Shown piece by piece: positions 39,867 to 50,412 of a stretch of DNA of 64,000 nt. How positions within the stretch are numbered: position 1 is the first letter of the stretch; every line of letters begins with the position of its first letter. A program made the position numbers and the translations under genes. The notes beneath the pieces were generated by a model. That model was not told where the DNA came from, ran no database searches, and saw only the letters and a list, made by a program, of their open reading frames with translations. Source of the stretch: Candidatus Niyogibacteria bacterium. Lineage in GTDB: Bacteria; Patescibacteriota; Minisyncoccia; HO2-45-28. The stretch spans positions 452,709 through 516,708 of the forward strand of contig CP066691.1 in the NCBI GenBank assembly GCA_016432485.1. Direction: 5' to 3'.

Positions 39867-40862
39867 ATGGCAAAAGAAATTGTTTTGTCCGGAATGAGAC
39901 CGACGGGAGAATTGCATCTCGGAAATTACTTCGGCGCGTTGCGTCAGTGGGTTAACGCGCAGAATCGGGGATATAAATGTTTTTGGATGGTGGCCGACTT
40001 GCACTCCCTGACAACGCTTGAAGACACCAAAAGCGTCCGCAAAAATACTTACGAAATGGCCGCGACATGGATCGCCTCCGGACTTGACCCGAAAAAATCA
40101 GTTATCTTTTTGCAATCAGCCGTTCCGGAACACGGCGAACTTGCGTCGATTTTTTCCACGCTCCTTCCGGTTTCGATGCTGGAACTAAACCCGACTTATA
40201 AAGAAATGACTGCCGAACATCCGAAATCGGGGTCGTTTGGCATACTTAATTATCCGGTTTTACAGGCCGCCGATATTTTAATTTACAAAGCGACGGCAGT
40301 GCCAATAGGCAAAGATCAAAACGCGCATATTGAAATCGCGCGCGAAGTCGCGCGTAGATTTAATCACCGCTTCGGAAAAATTTTTCCGGAGCCGCAAGCG
40401 CTTTTCGGGGCATTGCCTAAAATATTTTCGCTCAAATTTCCAGACAAAAAAATGTCCAAATCGCACGGTTCTGATTCATATATTGCCCTTTTGGATTCGC
40501 CCGACAAAATCCGAGAAAAAATAAAAAGCGCGGTCACGGACTCCGGCTCTGATATTAAGTATGACGGGGCAAAAAAACCGGCCATATCCAACCTGCTTGC
40601 GATTTATGAATTGATTTCGGGTGTATCAATAAAAAAGCTTGAAACAAAATACAAAAAATCAGGATACTCCGAATTTAAAAAAGACCTAGCCGAAGCCGTC
40701 ATCGCCCATCTTTCGCCGATTCAAAAAAAATACGCTCTGCTTTCGAAAAATCCCAAGGCAATAGATAAAATTTTAAAAGACGGCTCAAAAGCGGCTCGCA
40801 TTTTCGCCCAAAAAACAATGGAAGAGGTCAAACAAAAAATAGGGCTTCTTGATTTTTATTAG
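39867..40862 (+). CDS. trpS: tryptophan--tRNA ligase
   Basis: HIGH-class 'PTGELHLGNY', 'KMSKS', ~330 aa. Confidence 0.85.
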   Translation: MAKEIVLSGMRPTGELHLGNYFGALRQWVNAQNRGYKCFWMVADLHSLTTLEDTKSVRKNTYEMAATWIASGLDPKKSVIFLQSAVPEHGELASIFSTLLPVSMLELNPTYKEMTAEHPKSGSFGILNYPVLQAADILIYKATAVPIGKDQNAHIEIAREVARRFNHRFGKIFPEPQALFGALPKIFSLKFPDKKMSKSHGSDSYIALLDSPDKIREKIKSAVTDSGSDIKYDGAKKPAISNLLAIYELISGVSIKKLETKYKKSGYSEFKKDLAEAVIAHLSPIQKKYALLSKNPKAIDKILKDGSKAARIFAQKTMEEVKQKIGLLDFY

Positions 40863-40870
40863 AAATGTCA

Positions 40871-40920
40871 AAATCCAAAACCCCGCAGTTATGCGGGGCA
40901 AGTCGGCCTTTTGGATTTTT
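40871..40920 (+). terminator. Rho-independent terminator after trpS (nested hairpin aaatccaaaa.../ccccgcag..cgggg + T-run)
   Basis: perfect 10-bp outer stem and 6-bp inner stem. Confidence 0.7.
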
Positions 40921-41018
40921 TCGTCAAGAGTTAGCGTAAGCTCTCTTTTTGCAGCTATGTTTGTTTTTACCACGATCGTGAGATTTTCTAACATCTCAAA
41001 AACGTAAATAAGTAAATA

Positions 41019-41050
41019 AAAACCGCCTCGACTGCGCCGAGACGGTTTTC
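41019..41050 (-). terminator. Rho-independent terminator for minus-strand gene 41060..41524
   Basis: aaaaccgcctcg...cgagacggtttt hairpin followed by T-run on minus strand. Confidence 0.6.
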
Positions 41051-41059
41051 AACCGCGAG

Positions 41060-41524
41060 TTAATCGCTTAATTTTTTAAAAGTCCTTTTGTGCATATCAA
41101 CCACCGCTTTAATTATTAAACTAATTAGTGCGACAAGAACTGTGATAAGACCCAGAGCAAGACCCGCGATAGGACCCGTGACAAAACCTGCGCCAAAGCC
41201 CGCGATAAGACCCAGGGCAAGACCCGCGATAAGACCTAGAACAAGACCCGTGACAAAACCCGCGACAAGGTCTTCGTAATCTGCTCTATATTTTTTTAAA
41301 ACAGGAAACAACCAGAGATAAACGGATAAAATGAGGTTCAGATAGAGTGGGAACAAAAAGACGTCAAACCAGCGGTTAACTGTTATTGAAAAAGAGCCGA
41401 TTGCCACTTCGTAGGCGTGAGGAACATTTGCCAAGTAGCTGACAAGACCCCAGCCAACAGCGTAAATCAGAGCACCCCAGAAAAAAACGACCCCCATCAG
41501 ATAAAACTTCTGTGTTTGGGACAT
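41060..41524 (-). CDS. membrane protein with glycine-zipper repeats (GLxLGLIAG)n
   Basis: repeats 'GLVLGLIAGLALGLIAGFGAGFVTGPIAGLALGLI' and underlying DNA tandem repeats ~41140-41260. Confidence 0.45.
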   Translation of the reverse strand: MSQTQKFYLMGVVFFWGALIYAVGWGLVSYLANVPHAYEVAIGSFSITVNRWFDVFLFPLYLNLILSVYLWLFPVLKKYRADYEDLVAGFVTGLVLGLIAGLALGLIAGFGAGFVTGPIAGLALGLITVLVALISLIIKAVVDMHKRTFKKLSD

Positions 41525-41591
41525 CTTCTATTCTCCCTTGGCATCTAGGCCGGAGAGAAATCAAAAGCCAAACTCCGATGAGTATTGTACA

Positions 41592-42929
41592 TTATAAGAT
41601 TGACTCTATCAATTCTCTTATTTTCTCCTCCATCAGTTCTTTGCTTTCGGCTTCAACAACTAGACGGACGAGGGGTTCGGTTTTTGAGGCGCGGATGTTG
41701 AACCACCATTTTGGATATTCAACCGTCAGACCGTCAAGAAATGACTGCTTACCGCCTGAATATTCTTTTTTTAACCTTTCAATCGCCTCGGCCGGATTTT
41801 TGGTTTCAAAGTTTAATTCGCCGGAGTGAAAATACCGCATATAAGGTTTAAGGGTTTCAGAAAATGGCTTATCGGTTTTGGAGGCCAGAGACAAAACATG
41901 CGCCGCCATCAAAAGAGCCGAATCGGAATAATAAAAATCACGAAAATAAAAATGTCCCGAGAGTTCTCCTCCAAAACGAGCGTCTTTTAAACGCATTGCC
42001 GTCTTAATATTGGCATGGCCCACGGGAACACGCTCAAAACGAGCATTTTTATTTTTGGCGACATCCTCAATAATTTTTGAAACAGAGGCTGTGCCTAAAC
42101 ACAATTCTCCGCTTTGCAAAAAATTATCAAGTAAGAAAGCGTAAACATGGTTTGACTCAACCGTTTCTCCTTTTTCGTTTATAAAAAACACCCTGTCGCC
42201 GTCGGCGTCCACCATAAATCCCAGATCCGCTCCGGAATTTTTAACTTTTTCTTCAATCGTTTTTCTTGCTTCGGGTAAAAGCGGGTTTGGCGAGTGGTTT
42301 GGAAAATTTCCGTCGGGCTCAAAAAATAATTTTTCGGCTGAAACTCCGATTTCATCCAAAAATTTTTCCAAAACGAGTCCGGCCGAGCCGTTTGACGCGT
42401 CAACAACTATTTTTAACGGACGTTCAACGTCCGTATATTTTTTCAGGAAATCCAGATAACCGCGGACAAAATCTTTTTTCGCGATTTTTCCCGCGCCTAT
42501 TTTCCGAGGCATTTCGGAGCCAGCCAGTATTTCAATTTCGGGCAGGCCGTCTTTTTTATAGACCGGCCATCCGCCCTCGCGCACAAGTTTTAAGCCATTA
42601 TATTCTTTGGGATTGTGAGATGCGCTAACCATTGCCCCGCCCGCAGCACCCGATGAATTCACGGCGAAATAAAAAAGAGGAGTTGAAACAAGTCCAATAT
42701 CAATAACATCCCTGCCCCGGTCCAAACCCCCCCGGCTAAAGGCCTCAAATAATTCCGGCGACGAAAGACGCGCGTCGCGGCCAACTACGATATTTCCGAA
42801 AATTTTTTTGCGCCCCAGATATTCCGAAAACGCCGCGCCTATTTTATAAGCCGCGCTTTCATCAATTTCATCGGGGTATTTCCCGCGGATATCGTATTCT
42901 TTGAAAATTTCCGACTTGATATTACGCAT
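41592..42929 (-). CDS. phosphoglucomutase/phosphomannomutase (alpha-D-phosphohexomutase) carrying an in-frame REP copy
   Basis: active-site 'SASHNP', Mg loop 'DADGDR'. Confidence 0.8.
   Translation of the reverse strand: MRNIKSEIFKEYDIRGKYPDEIDESAAYKIGAAFSEYLGRKKIFGNIVVGRDARLSSPELFEAFSRGGLDRGRDVIDIGLVSTPLFYFAVNSSGAAGGAMVSASHNPKEYNGLKLVREGGWPVYKKDGLPEIEILAGSEMPRKIGAGKIAKKDFVRGYLDFLKKYTDVERPLKIVVDASNGSAGLVLEKFLDEIGVSAEKLFFEPDGNFPNHSPNPLLPEARKTIEEKVKNSGADLGFMVDADGDRVFFINEKGETVESNHVYAFLLDNFLQSGELCLGTASVSKIIEDVAKNKNARFERVPVGHANIKTAMRLKDARFGGELSGHFYFRDFYYSDSALLMAAHVLSLASKTDKPFSETLKPYMRYFHSGELNFETKNPAEAIERLKKEYSGGKQSFLDGLTVEYPKWWFNIRASKTEPLVRLVVEAESKELMEEKIRELIESIL
42416..42434. repeat. REP-like palindrome (same as RAYT-flanking REPs) in-frame inside pgm, encoding TDVERP
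   Basis: acggacgttcaacgtccgt; ORF reads ...KKYTDVERPLKIV... Confidence 0.7.
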
Positions 42930-42951
42930 CTTTATATTTTAACATTTCTCT

Positions 42952-43965
42952 ATGGCTTTAACTGTAGGTATCATTGGCCTGCCGAATGTGGGAAAATCGT
43001 CCCTTTTTAACGCGCTATTAAAACGCGAGCAAGCGCTCGTGGCCAATTACCCTTTCGCGACAATTGAGCCGAATATAGGCGTGGTCAGCGTCCCCGATGA
43101 ACGCCTTGATAAACTCGCGCGCTGGTTTAATCAAGAAAACCCGCCGCCGACGATTCCGACCGCCATAACCTTTGTTGATATTGCGGGACTGGTCAAGGGC
43201 GCGTCCGCCGGAGAAGGCCTTGGGAATCAATTTTTAAACCACATTAAAAACGCTTCCATAATACTGGAGGTCGTGCGCGACTTTGACGATCCGGAAATTT
43301 CCAGAGAACATTCAAAGGACCCCAGCGAGGATGCCGAAACCATTGAGACCGAACTTAGACTAAAAGACCTTGAAACACTAGATAAAAAAATTAGCTCCGT
43401 GAAAAAAGACCCGGCCAAAAAAAACGAATCTTCTTTTCTGGCGGCGCTGAAAGAAAAAATTTCTTCCGGCGAGGATTTAAAAATCCCGGAAAAAGATTCC
43501 CAAAATGAAAAAATATCCGAACTACTTAGGGAGCTAAGCTTGCTTTCTTTGAAACCAAAAATTTACGCCTTCAACAGCGATTCGTCAAAACTCGCGCAAA
43601 AAGACGAACGCCCCAAGACCCATCGCGGAAGGCTAGTCGTATATTTTTCCGCGATTTCAGGCGAAGGGCTTGAAAAGATAATAAAGGCCGGCTATGAAAC
43701 GCTGGACTTGATTTCTTTTTTAACTGTCGGCGAGAAAGAAGCGCGGGCATGGACAATAAAAAGGGGGACGAAAGCCAGAGAAGCCGCGGGCGTCATTCAT
43801 TCCGATTTTGAGAAAAACTTCATAAGAGCGCGGATTATAGATTGGAAAAAACTGGTCGCGGTCAAATCTTTGGCCGATGCCGCAAGCCGCGGACTAATTC
43901 GCTCCGAAGGCAAAGATTATATAATGCAGGACGGCGACGTGGTTGAATTTCTGGTGGGCAAATAG
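42952..43965 (+). CDS. ychF: ribosome-binding ATPase YchF (Obg-family)
   Basis: 'IGLPNVGKSSLFNAL', C-terminal TGS 'GKDYIMQDGDVVEF'. Confidence 0.85.
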   Translation: MALTVGIIGLPNVGKSSLFNALLKREQALVANYPFATIEPNIGVVSVPDERLDKLARWFNQENPPPTIPTAITFVDIAGLVKGASAGEGLGNQFLNHIKNASIILEVVRDFDDPEISREHSKDPSEDAETIETELRLKDLETLDKKISSVKKDPAKKNESSFLAALKEKISSGEDLKIPEKDSQNEKISELLRELSLLSLKPKIYAFNSDSSKLAQKDERPKTHRGRLVVYFSAISGEGLEKIIKAGYETLDLISFLTVGEKEARAWTIKRGTKAREAAGVIHSDFEKNFIRARIIDWKKLVAVKSLADAASRGLIRSEGKDYIMQDGDVVEFLVGK

Positions 43966-44005
43966 AACTTGCGTCAGAGCTCAAGGTATGATATTCTTTT
44001 ATTCA

Positions 44006-44416
44006 ATGGACACGGAAAGCGATCCGAAATTATACGAAATATCCTATCTGGCTAAAGCCGCCGACGAACAAGCGGCTTTAGATGGTGCGGCTTCAATTAC
44101 CGGAATCATAGAAAAAGAACGCGGCATTATCGCGACACAAAACCGGCCGACAAAGAAAGATTTAAGCTACCCTATAGAAGGCGCGCGGGAAGGATGGTGG
44201 GGATGGATAAAATTCATGTCCAGGCCGGAAAGTATAGGAGCTATCAGAGAAAAAGCGAATAACGACCCGAAAATAGAGCGGTTTGCCATTTTTAAAATTA
44301 ATAAAGCCGAGATAGCCGAAAAATCCAGGACTAAAAGAAGAATTATCCGCCCTCCCGAGGAAAAAACCAACATTGAAGAAATAGATAAAAAACTCGAGGA
44401 AATACTCGGAAATTAA
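44006..44416 (+). CDS. rpsF: 30S ribosomal protein S6
   Basis: 'YEISYL....L...YPIEG..G.W.WIKF' pattern; rpsF-ssb-rpsR synteny. Confidence 0.7.
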   Translation: MDTESDPKLYEISYLAKAADEQAALDGAASITGIIEKERGIIATQNRPTKKDLSYPIEGAREGWWGWIKFMSRPESIGAIREKANNDPKIERFAIFKINKAEIAEKSRTKRRIIRPPEEKTNIEEIDKKLEEILGN

Positions 44417-44436
44417 TATTAATTTTCAATAAAAAT

Positions 44437-44871
44437 ATGAACCTAAATAAAATTTTTATAATCGGCAATTTGACCCGCGACCCGGAAACAAGATCACTGC
44501 CGTCGGGCCAAAACGTAACTTCGTTCGGCGTGGCCACGAACAGATTCTTCAATAAAGACGGACAAAAACAACAGGATACCCAATTCCATAATGTCGTGGC
44601 TTTCGGTCGTCTGGCAGACGTCGCCAAACAATATCTGAACAAGGGATCCCTTATAATGGTTGAGGGCCGGATTCAAAATCGCTCATGGCAGGGGCAAGAC
44701 GGACAGAAAAAATACCGCACCGAGATAGTGACTGAAAGAATGCAGCTCGGCCCAAGAAATTCCGGCTCTTCGGCAAGCCGCCCGGAAAAAGCGAAAGAAG
44801 AAAGCCAGCCGGAAGTGGACACGATTGAATACGGAGAAGAAAATATTAATCCGGACGATATCCCGTTTTAA
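44437..44871 (+). CDS. ssb: single-stranded DNA-binding protein
   Basis: OB fold 'MNLNKIFIIGNLTRDPE', C-terminal acidic tail ending 'DDIPF'. Confidence 0.9.
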   Translation: MNLNKIFIIGNLTRDPETRSLPSGQNVTSFGVATNRFFNKDGQKQQDTQFHNVVAFGRLADVAKQYLNKGSLIMVEGRIQNRSWQGQDGQKKYRTEIVTERMQLGPRNSGSSASRPEKAKEESQPEVDTIEYGEENINPDDIPF

Positions 44872-44950
44872 AATTAAATGTGGATCCGCCTTCGCCAAGG
44901 CTTCGGCGGATTCTCATTTTTGCAATTACTCGTTAAATTCGTAAGTAAAA

Positions 44951-45160
44951 ATGGAAAAAAAACAGCAGTGCTATTTTTGCACTTCAAATATGAAATCGGT
45001 GGATTATAAAAACACCGAGGTCTTAAAGCGTTTTTTGACTCCGCAGTCAAAAATTTTGGCTCGCCGCAAAACCTTTGTCTGCTCCGCCCACCAACGTAAG
45101 CTCGCCCGTGCCATCAAACGCGCGAGACAAATGGCCCTTATGCCGTTTGTTACGCATTAG
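44951..45160 (+). CDS. rpsR: 30S ribosomal protein S18
   Basis: 'CYFC....VDYKN...LKRFL...KILARR'. Confidence 0.85.
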   Translation: MEKKQQCYFCTSNMKSVDYKNTEVLKRFLTPQSKILARRKTFVCSAHQRKLARAIKRARQMALMPFVTH

Positions 45161-45165
45161 CGTCT

Positions 45166-46173
45166 TTAGGCCTTTGCCGCTTCTTTTATTTTTTTGACCA
45201 ACTCCTGAACGATTTTATGGTTTTCTTTCAAAAAAATCCTGGCGTTATCATATCCGACGCCGAGTTTATCGGCTTCATAAGAAAAAGTGTTGCCTGATTT
45301 TTTGATCAGCTCGTATTTAATGCCTAAATTCAAAATATCGCCCTCATAAGAAATGCCTTCTCCGAACATTATGTCAAATTCGGCGACCCTAAACGGAGGC
45401 GCCACTTTGTTTTTTACCACTTTGGCCTTAACTCTGTTGCCGATTGATTCTTCGCCTTTTTTAATTTGGGCCATGCGCCTGACGTCAATTCGGACCGAAG
45501 CGTAAAATTTGAGCGCCTTGCCGCCCGGGGTCGTTTCCGGGTTGCCGAACATCATGCCGATTTGCATCCTGATTTGATTTATAAAAATAACAATGGTTTT
45601 AGTTTTGGCCACAAGCGCCGTAAGTTTGCGAAGCGCTTGAGACATCAATCTTGCCTGCAGGCCGATATGGGCCTGGCCCATTTCTCCCTCAATTTCAGCC
45701 TGCGGAGTGAGCGCCGCGACCGAATCAATGACTACCACATCAATGCTTCCGGAACGAACCAGGGATTCAACTATTTCCAAAGCTTGCTCGCCGGTATCGG
45801 GCTGAGATATTAAAAGATCATTTATTTTAACACCAATCCGCTTGGCATACTCCGGATCAAGCGCGTGCTCGGCATCCACAAAAGCGCAAAGACCTCCTTT
45901 TTTCTGGGCTTGAGCCACGATATTTAAAGCCAAGGTTGTTTTGCCGGAACTTTCCGGGCCGAAAATTTCAATCACCCGGCCTCTCGGGACTCCGCCAACG
46001 CCCAAGGCCATATCAAGCGACAGCGAACCCGTAGGAATGACGTCAACGTCAACCCTTCGCGCCTCGCCCAATTTCATAATCGCGCCCTCGCCATATTTTT
46101 GCTGAATCCCTTTAATCGCGGCCTCTATATTGGCAGCTTTGTTGCTTTTTTCTTCGCTTGGTTTTTTTGTCAT
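45166..46173 (-). CDS. recA: recombinase RecA
   Basis: '[16 protein letters not shown]', loop L1/L2. Confidence 0.9.
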   Translation of the reverse strand: MTKKPSEEKSNKAANIEAAIKGIQQKYGEGAIMKLGEARRVDVDVIPTGSLSLDMALGVGGVPRGRVIEIFGPESSGKTTLALNIVAQAQKKGGLCAFVDAEHALDPEYAKRIGVKINDLLISQPDTGEQALEIVESLVRSGSIDVVVIDSVAALTPQAEIEGEMGQAHIGLQARLMSQALRKLTALVAKTKTIVIFINQIRMQIGMMFGNPETTPGGKALKFYASVRIDVRRMAQIKKGEESIGNRVKAKVVKNKVAPPFRVAEFDIMFGEGISYEGDILNLGIKYELIKKSGNTFSYEADKLGVGYDNARIFLKENHKIVQELVKKIKEAAKA

Positions 46174-46194
46174 AAATTTTAATAATTATTCTAA

Positions 46195-46539
46195 TTATTC
46201 GGGCATTCTCACCATCACCATCCTTTGTTCGAAAAGCTTCCTGCCGAAACGTCCGTCGGCCTTCAGCTCAATGATATTCAAACCGGAAAATAAAATCAAT
46301 TCCTCTTCAAAATTCCCTTTTTCGTCCGTATAAATCGGGCGTCCGTTCAACTCAAGCCGGGAAATATCCCGACTACGGCCCTTGACTAAAACCCTGGAAT
46401 TATTAAGCGTTACGCCCTCTTCGGGAAAATCAATTGATACGGTCGGGCCGAGCCAAAATCCCTGAAAATTAAAAACAAAATAAATAAAAAAGGCGGTGAG
46501 CAGGAGGCCGAAAATAAAAATCGCGGCAAAACGGCGCAT
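46195..46539 (-). CDS. membrane-anchored hypothetical protein
   Basis: N-terminal TM; no motif. Confidence 0.35.
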   Translation of the reverse strand: MRRFAAIFIFGLLLTAFFIYFVFNFQGFWLGPTVSIDFPEEGVTLNNSRVLVKGRSRDISRLELNGRPIYTDEKGNFEEELILFSGLNIIELKADGRFGRKLFEQRMVMVRMPE

Positions 46540-46544
46540 AAAAA

Positions 46545-48785
46545 TTAAAACGAATCAAAAAAATTTTTATCCCCGGCACTAAACTCCTCATTTTCACCTT
46601 CAGAAGATGATTCTTCCTTCTTTGCCCCCTTTTTAGTCAAAACATCTCGGGGCTTTGCGCCGTCAGCCGGACCGATAATTCCCCGCGATTCCATAATATC
46701 TAAAAGACGCGCCGCCCGCGCATAGCCCACTCTTAACCGGCGCTGCAAATAAGAGGCCGAGGCCTTACCGGCCTGCATCACAACCTCTTCGGCTTGTTTA
46801 TATAATTCATCATCAACGTCTTCTTCTTCGGATGAATCAAAAATTGAGGAAGTGCTGCTTTCCGGTTCAAGATTCAACCCGCCGAATTCGGCTTGGGCGT
46901 ATTGAGCTTCAAGATGCTGGGTAACACGGCGCACTTCGGATTCTGAAACAAAAGCGCCCTGCAAACGCTTGGGCTTGGAAGTGTCACCGGATAAATACAG
47001 CATATCGCCGTTTCCCAGAAGTTTTTCAGAGCCGGCCATATCAAGAATTGTTCTGGAATCAACTTGCGAAGCCACCTGAAAAGCAATGCGGCTGGTTATA
47101 TTTGCCTTAATCAAACCGGTTATCACTTCCACCGACGGCCTTTGGGTTGAAACAACCAGATGTATTCCGACGGCTCTGGACATTTGAGCCAAACGAACTA
47201 TTGAAGCTTCCATTTCTCTGGGATATGCCGCCATCATATCCGCCAACTCATCTATAACTACAATAATATATGGCATTGGATTTTCTCCGGCGTCTTTTAA
47301 GGGTTGATAAGATTTTATGTCGCGGACTTTGGCTCCGGCCAAAAGCTCGTATCTTCGTTCCATTTCTTTCACCGCCCACCTCAGGGCCATAATCGCTTTT
47401 TTGGAATCCGTAATAACCGGCGTCAAAATATGCGGAATTCCGGAGTAAACGGATAGTTCAACTCTTTTGGGGTCTATCATTAAAAACCTGAGTCTTTCGG
47501 GAGGATTGCGGAATAAAAGCGACATCATCATCGCGTGAATCGCAACTGATTTTCCGGAACCGGTCGAACCGGCTACCAAAAGATGCGGCATTTTACAAAG
47601 ATCGGCAAAAATTGCCCGTCCCGTAACATCGCGCCCAAGGCCCAAAAGAAGCGGAGTCGGAGAGACAGCATATTCTTCTTGAGACAAAATACTGCCCATT
47701 CCCACAAGAGCTATGGATTTATTCGGTATCTCAACGCCGACCAAAGACTTGCCGGGAATTGGAGCCTCAATCCTTATGGGATGAGCCGCCAGGGCCAAAG
47801 ATAAATCATTTTGCAAACCGGTAATGCGTGAAAGTTTTATGCCTTCGGCCGGCCTTAAAGTATATTGAGTGATGGACGGCCCGACATTTATCTCACCCAT
47901 TTCAACCACGATGCCGAAATTCTGAAGAGTTCTTTTTATTATGTTGGAATTGGCTTTGATGTCGCCCGATGACGGCTTGCCTTTGTCGTTTTCCAAAAGA
48001 TCCAGCGGCGGAGGTTTAAACTCTCCTCCTACGGCTAAAAAGACCGCGCTATTTTTGTTTTTCTGGGCAAAATTTAGAGGCATCCGTTCCTCATCCGGTT
48101 CGGCTTCCGGCTCTTCTTTCGGAACTTCTTCAGTTTTTAGGCCTTCAAGCGCGGCATTATCTTCAAACCGCTGACGAATAACAGTGCCCGGAATTTCTTT
48201 TGCCACGGACCAGGCCGAAGACGGAGATTCTTTGACTTCCGAGTCCGCTTCTTCCGGCTCTGTTTCTTCTTTTTTAGCAAACCAGCGCCGCGGTTTTATA
48301 GAAACATTAAGCATTAAAAGAAACGATACTCCCACTAAAGCAAACAATATTACCAGAGTAGCCCAAAAATCAAAAAGTTTTAAAAGCGGCAGGGAAAACG
48401 CGAAGCCCAGAAAACCCGCGGTTTTTTCGCCAAAAACCGCGTCAAAAATACCTAGAGCCGAAAAAAGCATTAAAACCCCTCCGCCAACGGTAGTGGCCAC
48501 CAGATGAGCGCGAAGCGAAAAAATAAAAGACAGACCGGCCAGGAAAAAAACCAGCGGGACCAAAAAGAAAGCCCGGCCGAAAAGAAGCTCCAAAAAACCG
48601 TAAATGCGTTCTCCGACCAAGCCGGCTTGCCCGTAGGCGGCAAGAACAAAAAGAAGGGAGGAGGCAAAAGAAAAAATAGCCCAAATGGAGTGTTTGGTTT
48701 CGCTGTTTAATCTTTCAAATTTAACCTCGTCTTCAGCTTCTTTTTTTTTAGCTCTGCGCCTTAATTTTTTTCTGGCCATTTGCAT
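46545..48785 (-). CDS. ftsK: DNA translocase FtsK
   Basis: N-terminal TM domain, 'LLVAGSTGSGKSV', gamma domain at C-terminus. Confidence 0.9.
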   Translation of the reverse strand: MQMARKKLRRRAKKKEAEDEVKFERLNSETKHSIWAIFSFASSLLFVLAAYGQAGLVGERIYGFLELLFGRAFFLVPLVFFLAGLSFIFSLRAHLVATTVGGGVLMLFSALGIFDAVFGEKTAGFLGFAFSLPLLKLFDFWATLVILFALVGVSFLLMLNVSIKPRRWFAKKEETEPEEADSEVKESPSSAWSVAKEIPGTVIRQRFEDNAALEGLKTEEVPKEEPEAEPDEERMPLNFAQKNKNSAVFLAVGGEFKPPPLDLLENDKGKPSSGDIKANSNIIKRTLQNFGIVVEMGEINVGPSITQYTLRPAEGIKLSRITGLQNDLSLALAAHPIRIEAPIPGKSLVGVEIPNKSIALVGMGSILSQEEYAVSPTPLLLGLGRDVTGRAIFADLCKMPHLLVAGSTGSGKSVAIHAMMMSLLFRNPPERLRFLMIDPKRVELSVYSGIPHILTPVITDSKKAIMALRWAVKEMERRYELLAGAKVRDIKSYQPLKDAGENPMPYIIVVIDELADMMAAYPREMEASIVRLAQMSRAVGIHLVVSTQRPSVEVITGLIKANITSRIAFQVASQVDSRTILDMAGSEKLLGNGDMLYLSGDTSKPKRLQGAFVSESEVRRVTQHLEAQYAQAEFGGLNLEPESSTSSIFDSSEEEDVDDELYKQAEEVVMQAGKASASYLQRRLRVGYARAARLLDIMESRGIIGPADGAKPRDVLTKKGAKKEESSSEGENEEFSAGDKNFFDSF

Positions 48786-48842
48786 TTATTATACAGATTT
48801 CTCGCAAAAAATAAAAACTCTCGGCTGTGCCGAGAGTTTCAT

Positions 48843-50162
48843 TTATTTACTGTGTTTTAAAACCTCAAGCGCCATATCAAGCGCTTCGTCCTTGAGCGTC
48901 AATCGGTCATCTGTTGCCGGAACATGCGGTTCAACTCCTTTGCCGTGAACTCTGTAACCGGAAACTGGAAAAATGTATTCATAAGTCGTTATATAAGCTT
49001 CCCCTCCGCTTTCCATCCCCCAATTTGACTGCACAAGCCCTTTGCCAAATGTTTTTTCGCCAACAATCTTCGCAAGACCGTAGTCTTTCAAAACCCCCGC
49101 CAAAATTTCAGAAGAGCTCGCCGAATTTCTATTTATCAAAACCGCGATCGGCCCCTCAAATATTACGGGTACGGAATAGTCGGAGTAAAAAGCAATTTCT
49201 TTTTTCCCTCTTTTCTCGTGAAAAAGCATGATCCTTCCCGGAGGGACGAGGCGGTCAAGCACGCCATCGACAGCGTTTTCCAAGCCGCCCGGATTATTCC
49301 TGACATCAATAACAAGCTTTTTCATTCCCTGTTTTTTCAGCTCAAAAACAATGTCTTCAAATCCTTTTGCCGTATCGGGGGAAAAAGCAGTTATCTGAAC
49401 ATAGCCGATATCATTTGTTTTCATCTCGCCCCAGACGGTTTCACGCGCTACGGTTTTTCGCAAAATTTGTAAAACAACCTCCGTGCTGTCGGGCTTTCTA
49501 AACTTAATCCTTACGTTCGTGTTTTCAGAACTTTTTTCAAGATATGTTCCTTTAATAAGGTCCAGCACGTCTTTCGTTTCCATACCCGCGGCTTTTTTCA
49601 GCTCGCCCTTTTGGTTTTGCACGGCAACAATTGACCATCCGCGCTTCACGCCCGCCAAATGCGCTCCGCCATTTTTGAAAACCTGCGTTATGTAAATTCC
49701 CCGCTCACCCACAATACCATAGCGCTTTATCAAAATCTGCCCTTCCTTTTGTATCAAAGTTTCATATTCCGGGTCAGTCTCGGGAAGTTGCTGTCTTTTT
49801 TTCAAATGCGTTTCAAGTTCCTTCAAAAATTCAATCTCGTCTTCGGGATGCGCGGAGAGACCAACTCCTATTCCCACAAACTTCTCTCCTAACCTTTCCA
49901 AGGTGGTTTTTCCCTGCGGAGCAAGGCGGAAAAAGCTAAAACGGTCAAGATTGTCGCGAACGATTTTATTCAAGGACTCCTCAAGCCCCTGGATGATGGC
50001 TTTTTCCTGCTCTGGAGTTAATTTCTTGTAATATTCTTCTTCAATAATGGTCAGGGCTTCCTGAATCCGTTTGCCCGCGTTCTCAAGTTCACCCGCGTAC
50101 CCGATAATTGCCGAGAAAACAAAAATTGAAGCAAGTAAAGACGCAAATATTCTTTTCATCAC
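48843..50162 (-). CDS. ctpA: carboxy-terminal processing protease (S41 family)
   Basis: signal peptide, PDZ, 'LINRNSASSSEILAGVLKD...GEKTFGKGLVQS'. Confidence 0.8.
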   Translation of the reverse strand: MMKRIFASLLASIFVFSAIIGYAGELENAGKRIQEALTIIEEEYYKKLTPEQEKAIIQGLEESLNKIVRDNLDRFSFFRLAPQGKTTLERLGEKFVGIGVGLSAHPEDEIEFLKELETHLKKRQQLPETDPEYETLIQKEGQILIKRYGIVGERGIYITQVFKNGGAHLAGVKRGWSIVAVQNQKGELKKAAGMETKDVLDLIKGTYLEKSSENTNVRIKFRKPDSTEVVLQILRKTVARETVWGEMKTNDIGYVQITAFSPDTAKGFEDIVFELKKQGMKKLVIDVRNNPGGLENAVDGVLDRLVPPGRIMLFHEKRGKKEIAFYSDYSVPVIFEGPIAVLINRNSASSSEILAGVLKDYGLAKIVGEKTFGKGLVQSNWGMESGGEAYITTYEYIFPVSGYRVHGKGVEPHVPATDDRLTLKDEALDMALEVLKHSK

Positions 50163-50412
50163 AAATCCTCCTCAATTTCAAAAAACCTGTTTTTAAGATA
50201 ACACCTGAAACCAAGCCGCGCCTCTTTACAAAAGGAATAAAATGGTTTTTAAAAATTTCAAGAGAAAGCACCCTCCCGAAATTTTGGAAAAATTAGGGTT
50301 TTGAGATCACAAAATCCTCCCCGCGAACGGAGGGGTTTTTAATATTTACTTAAAAACGCCCGTGTGTTATTTTCAGCCCAGAGATGGCTTTCCTTGAAAA
50401 TATAAGCAGGGG

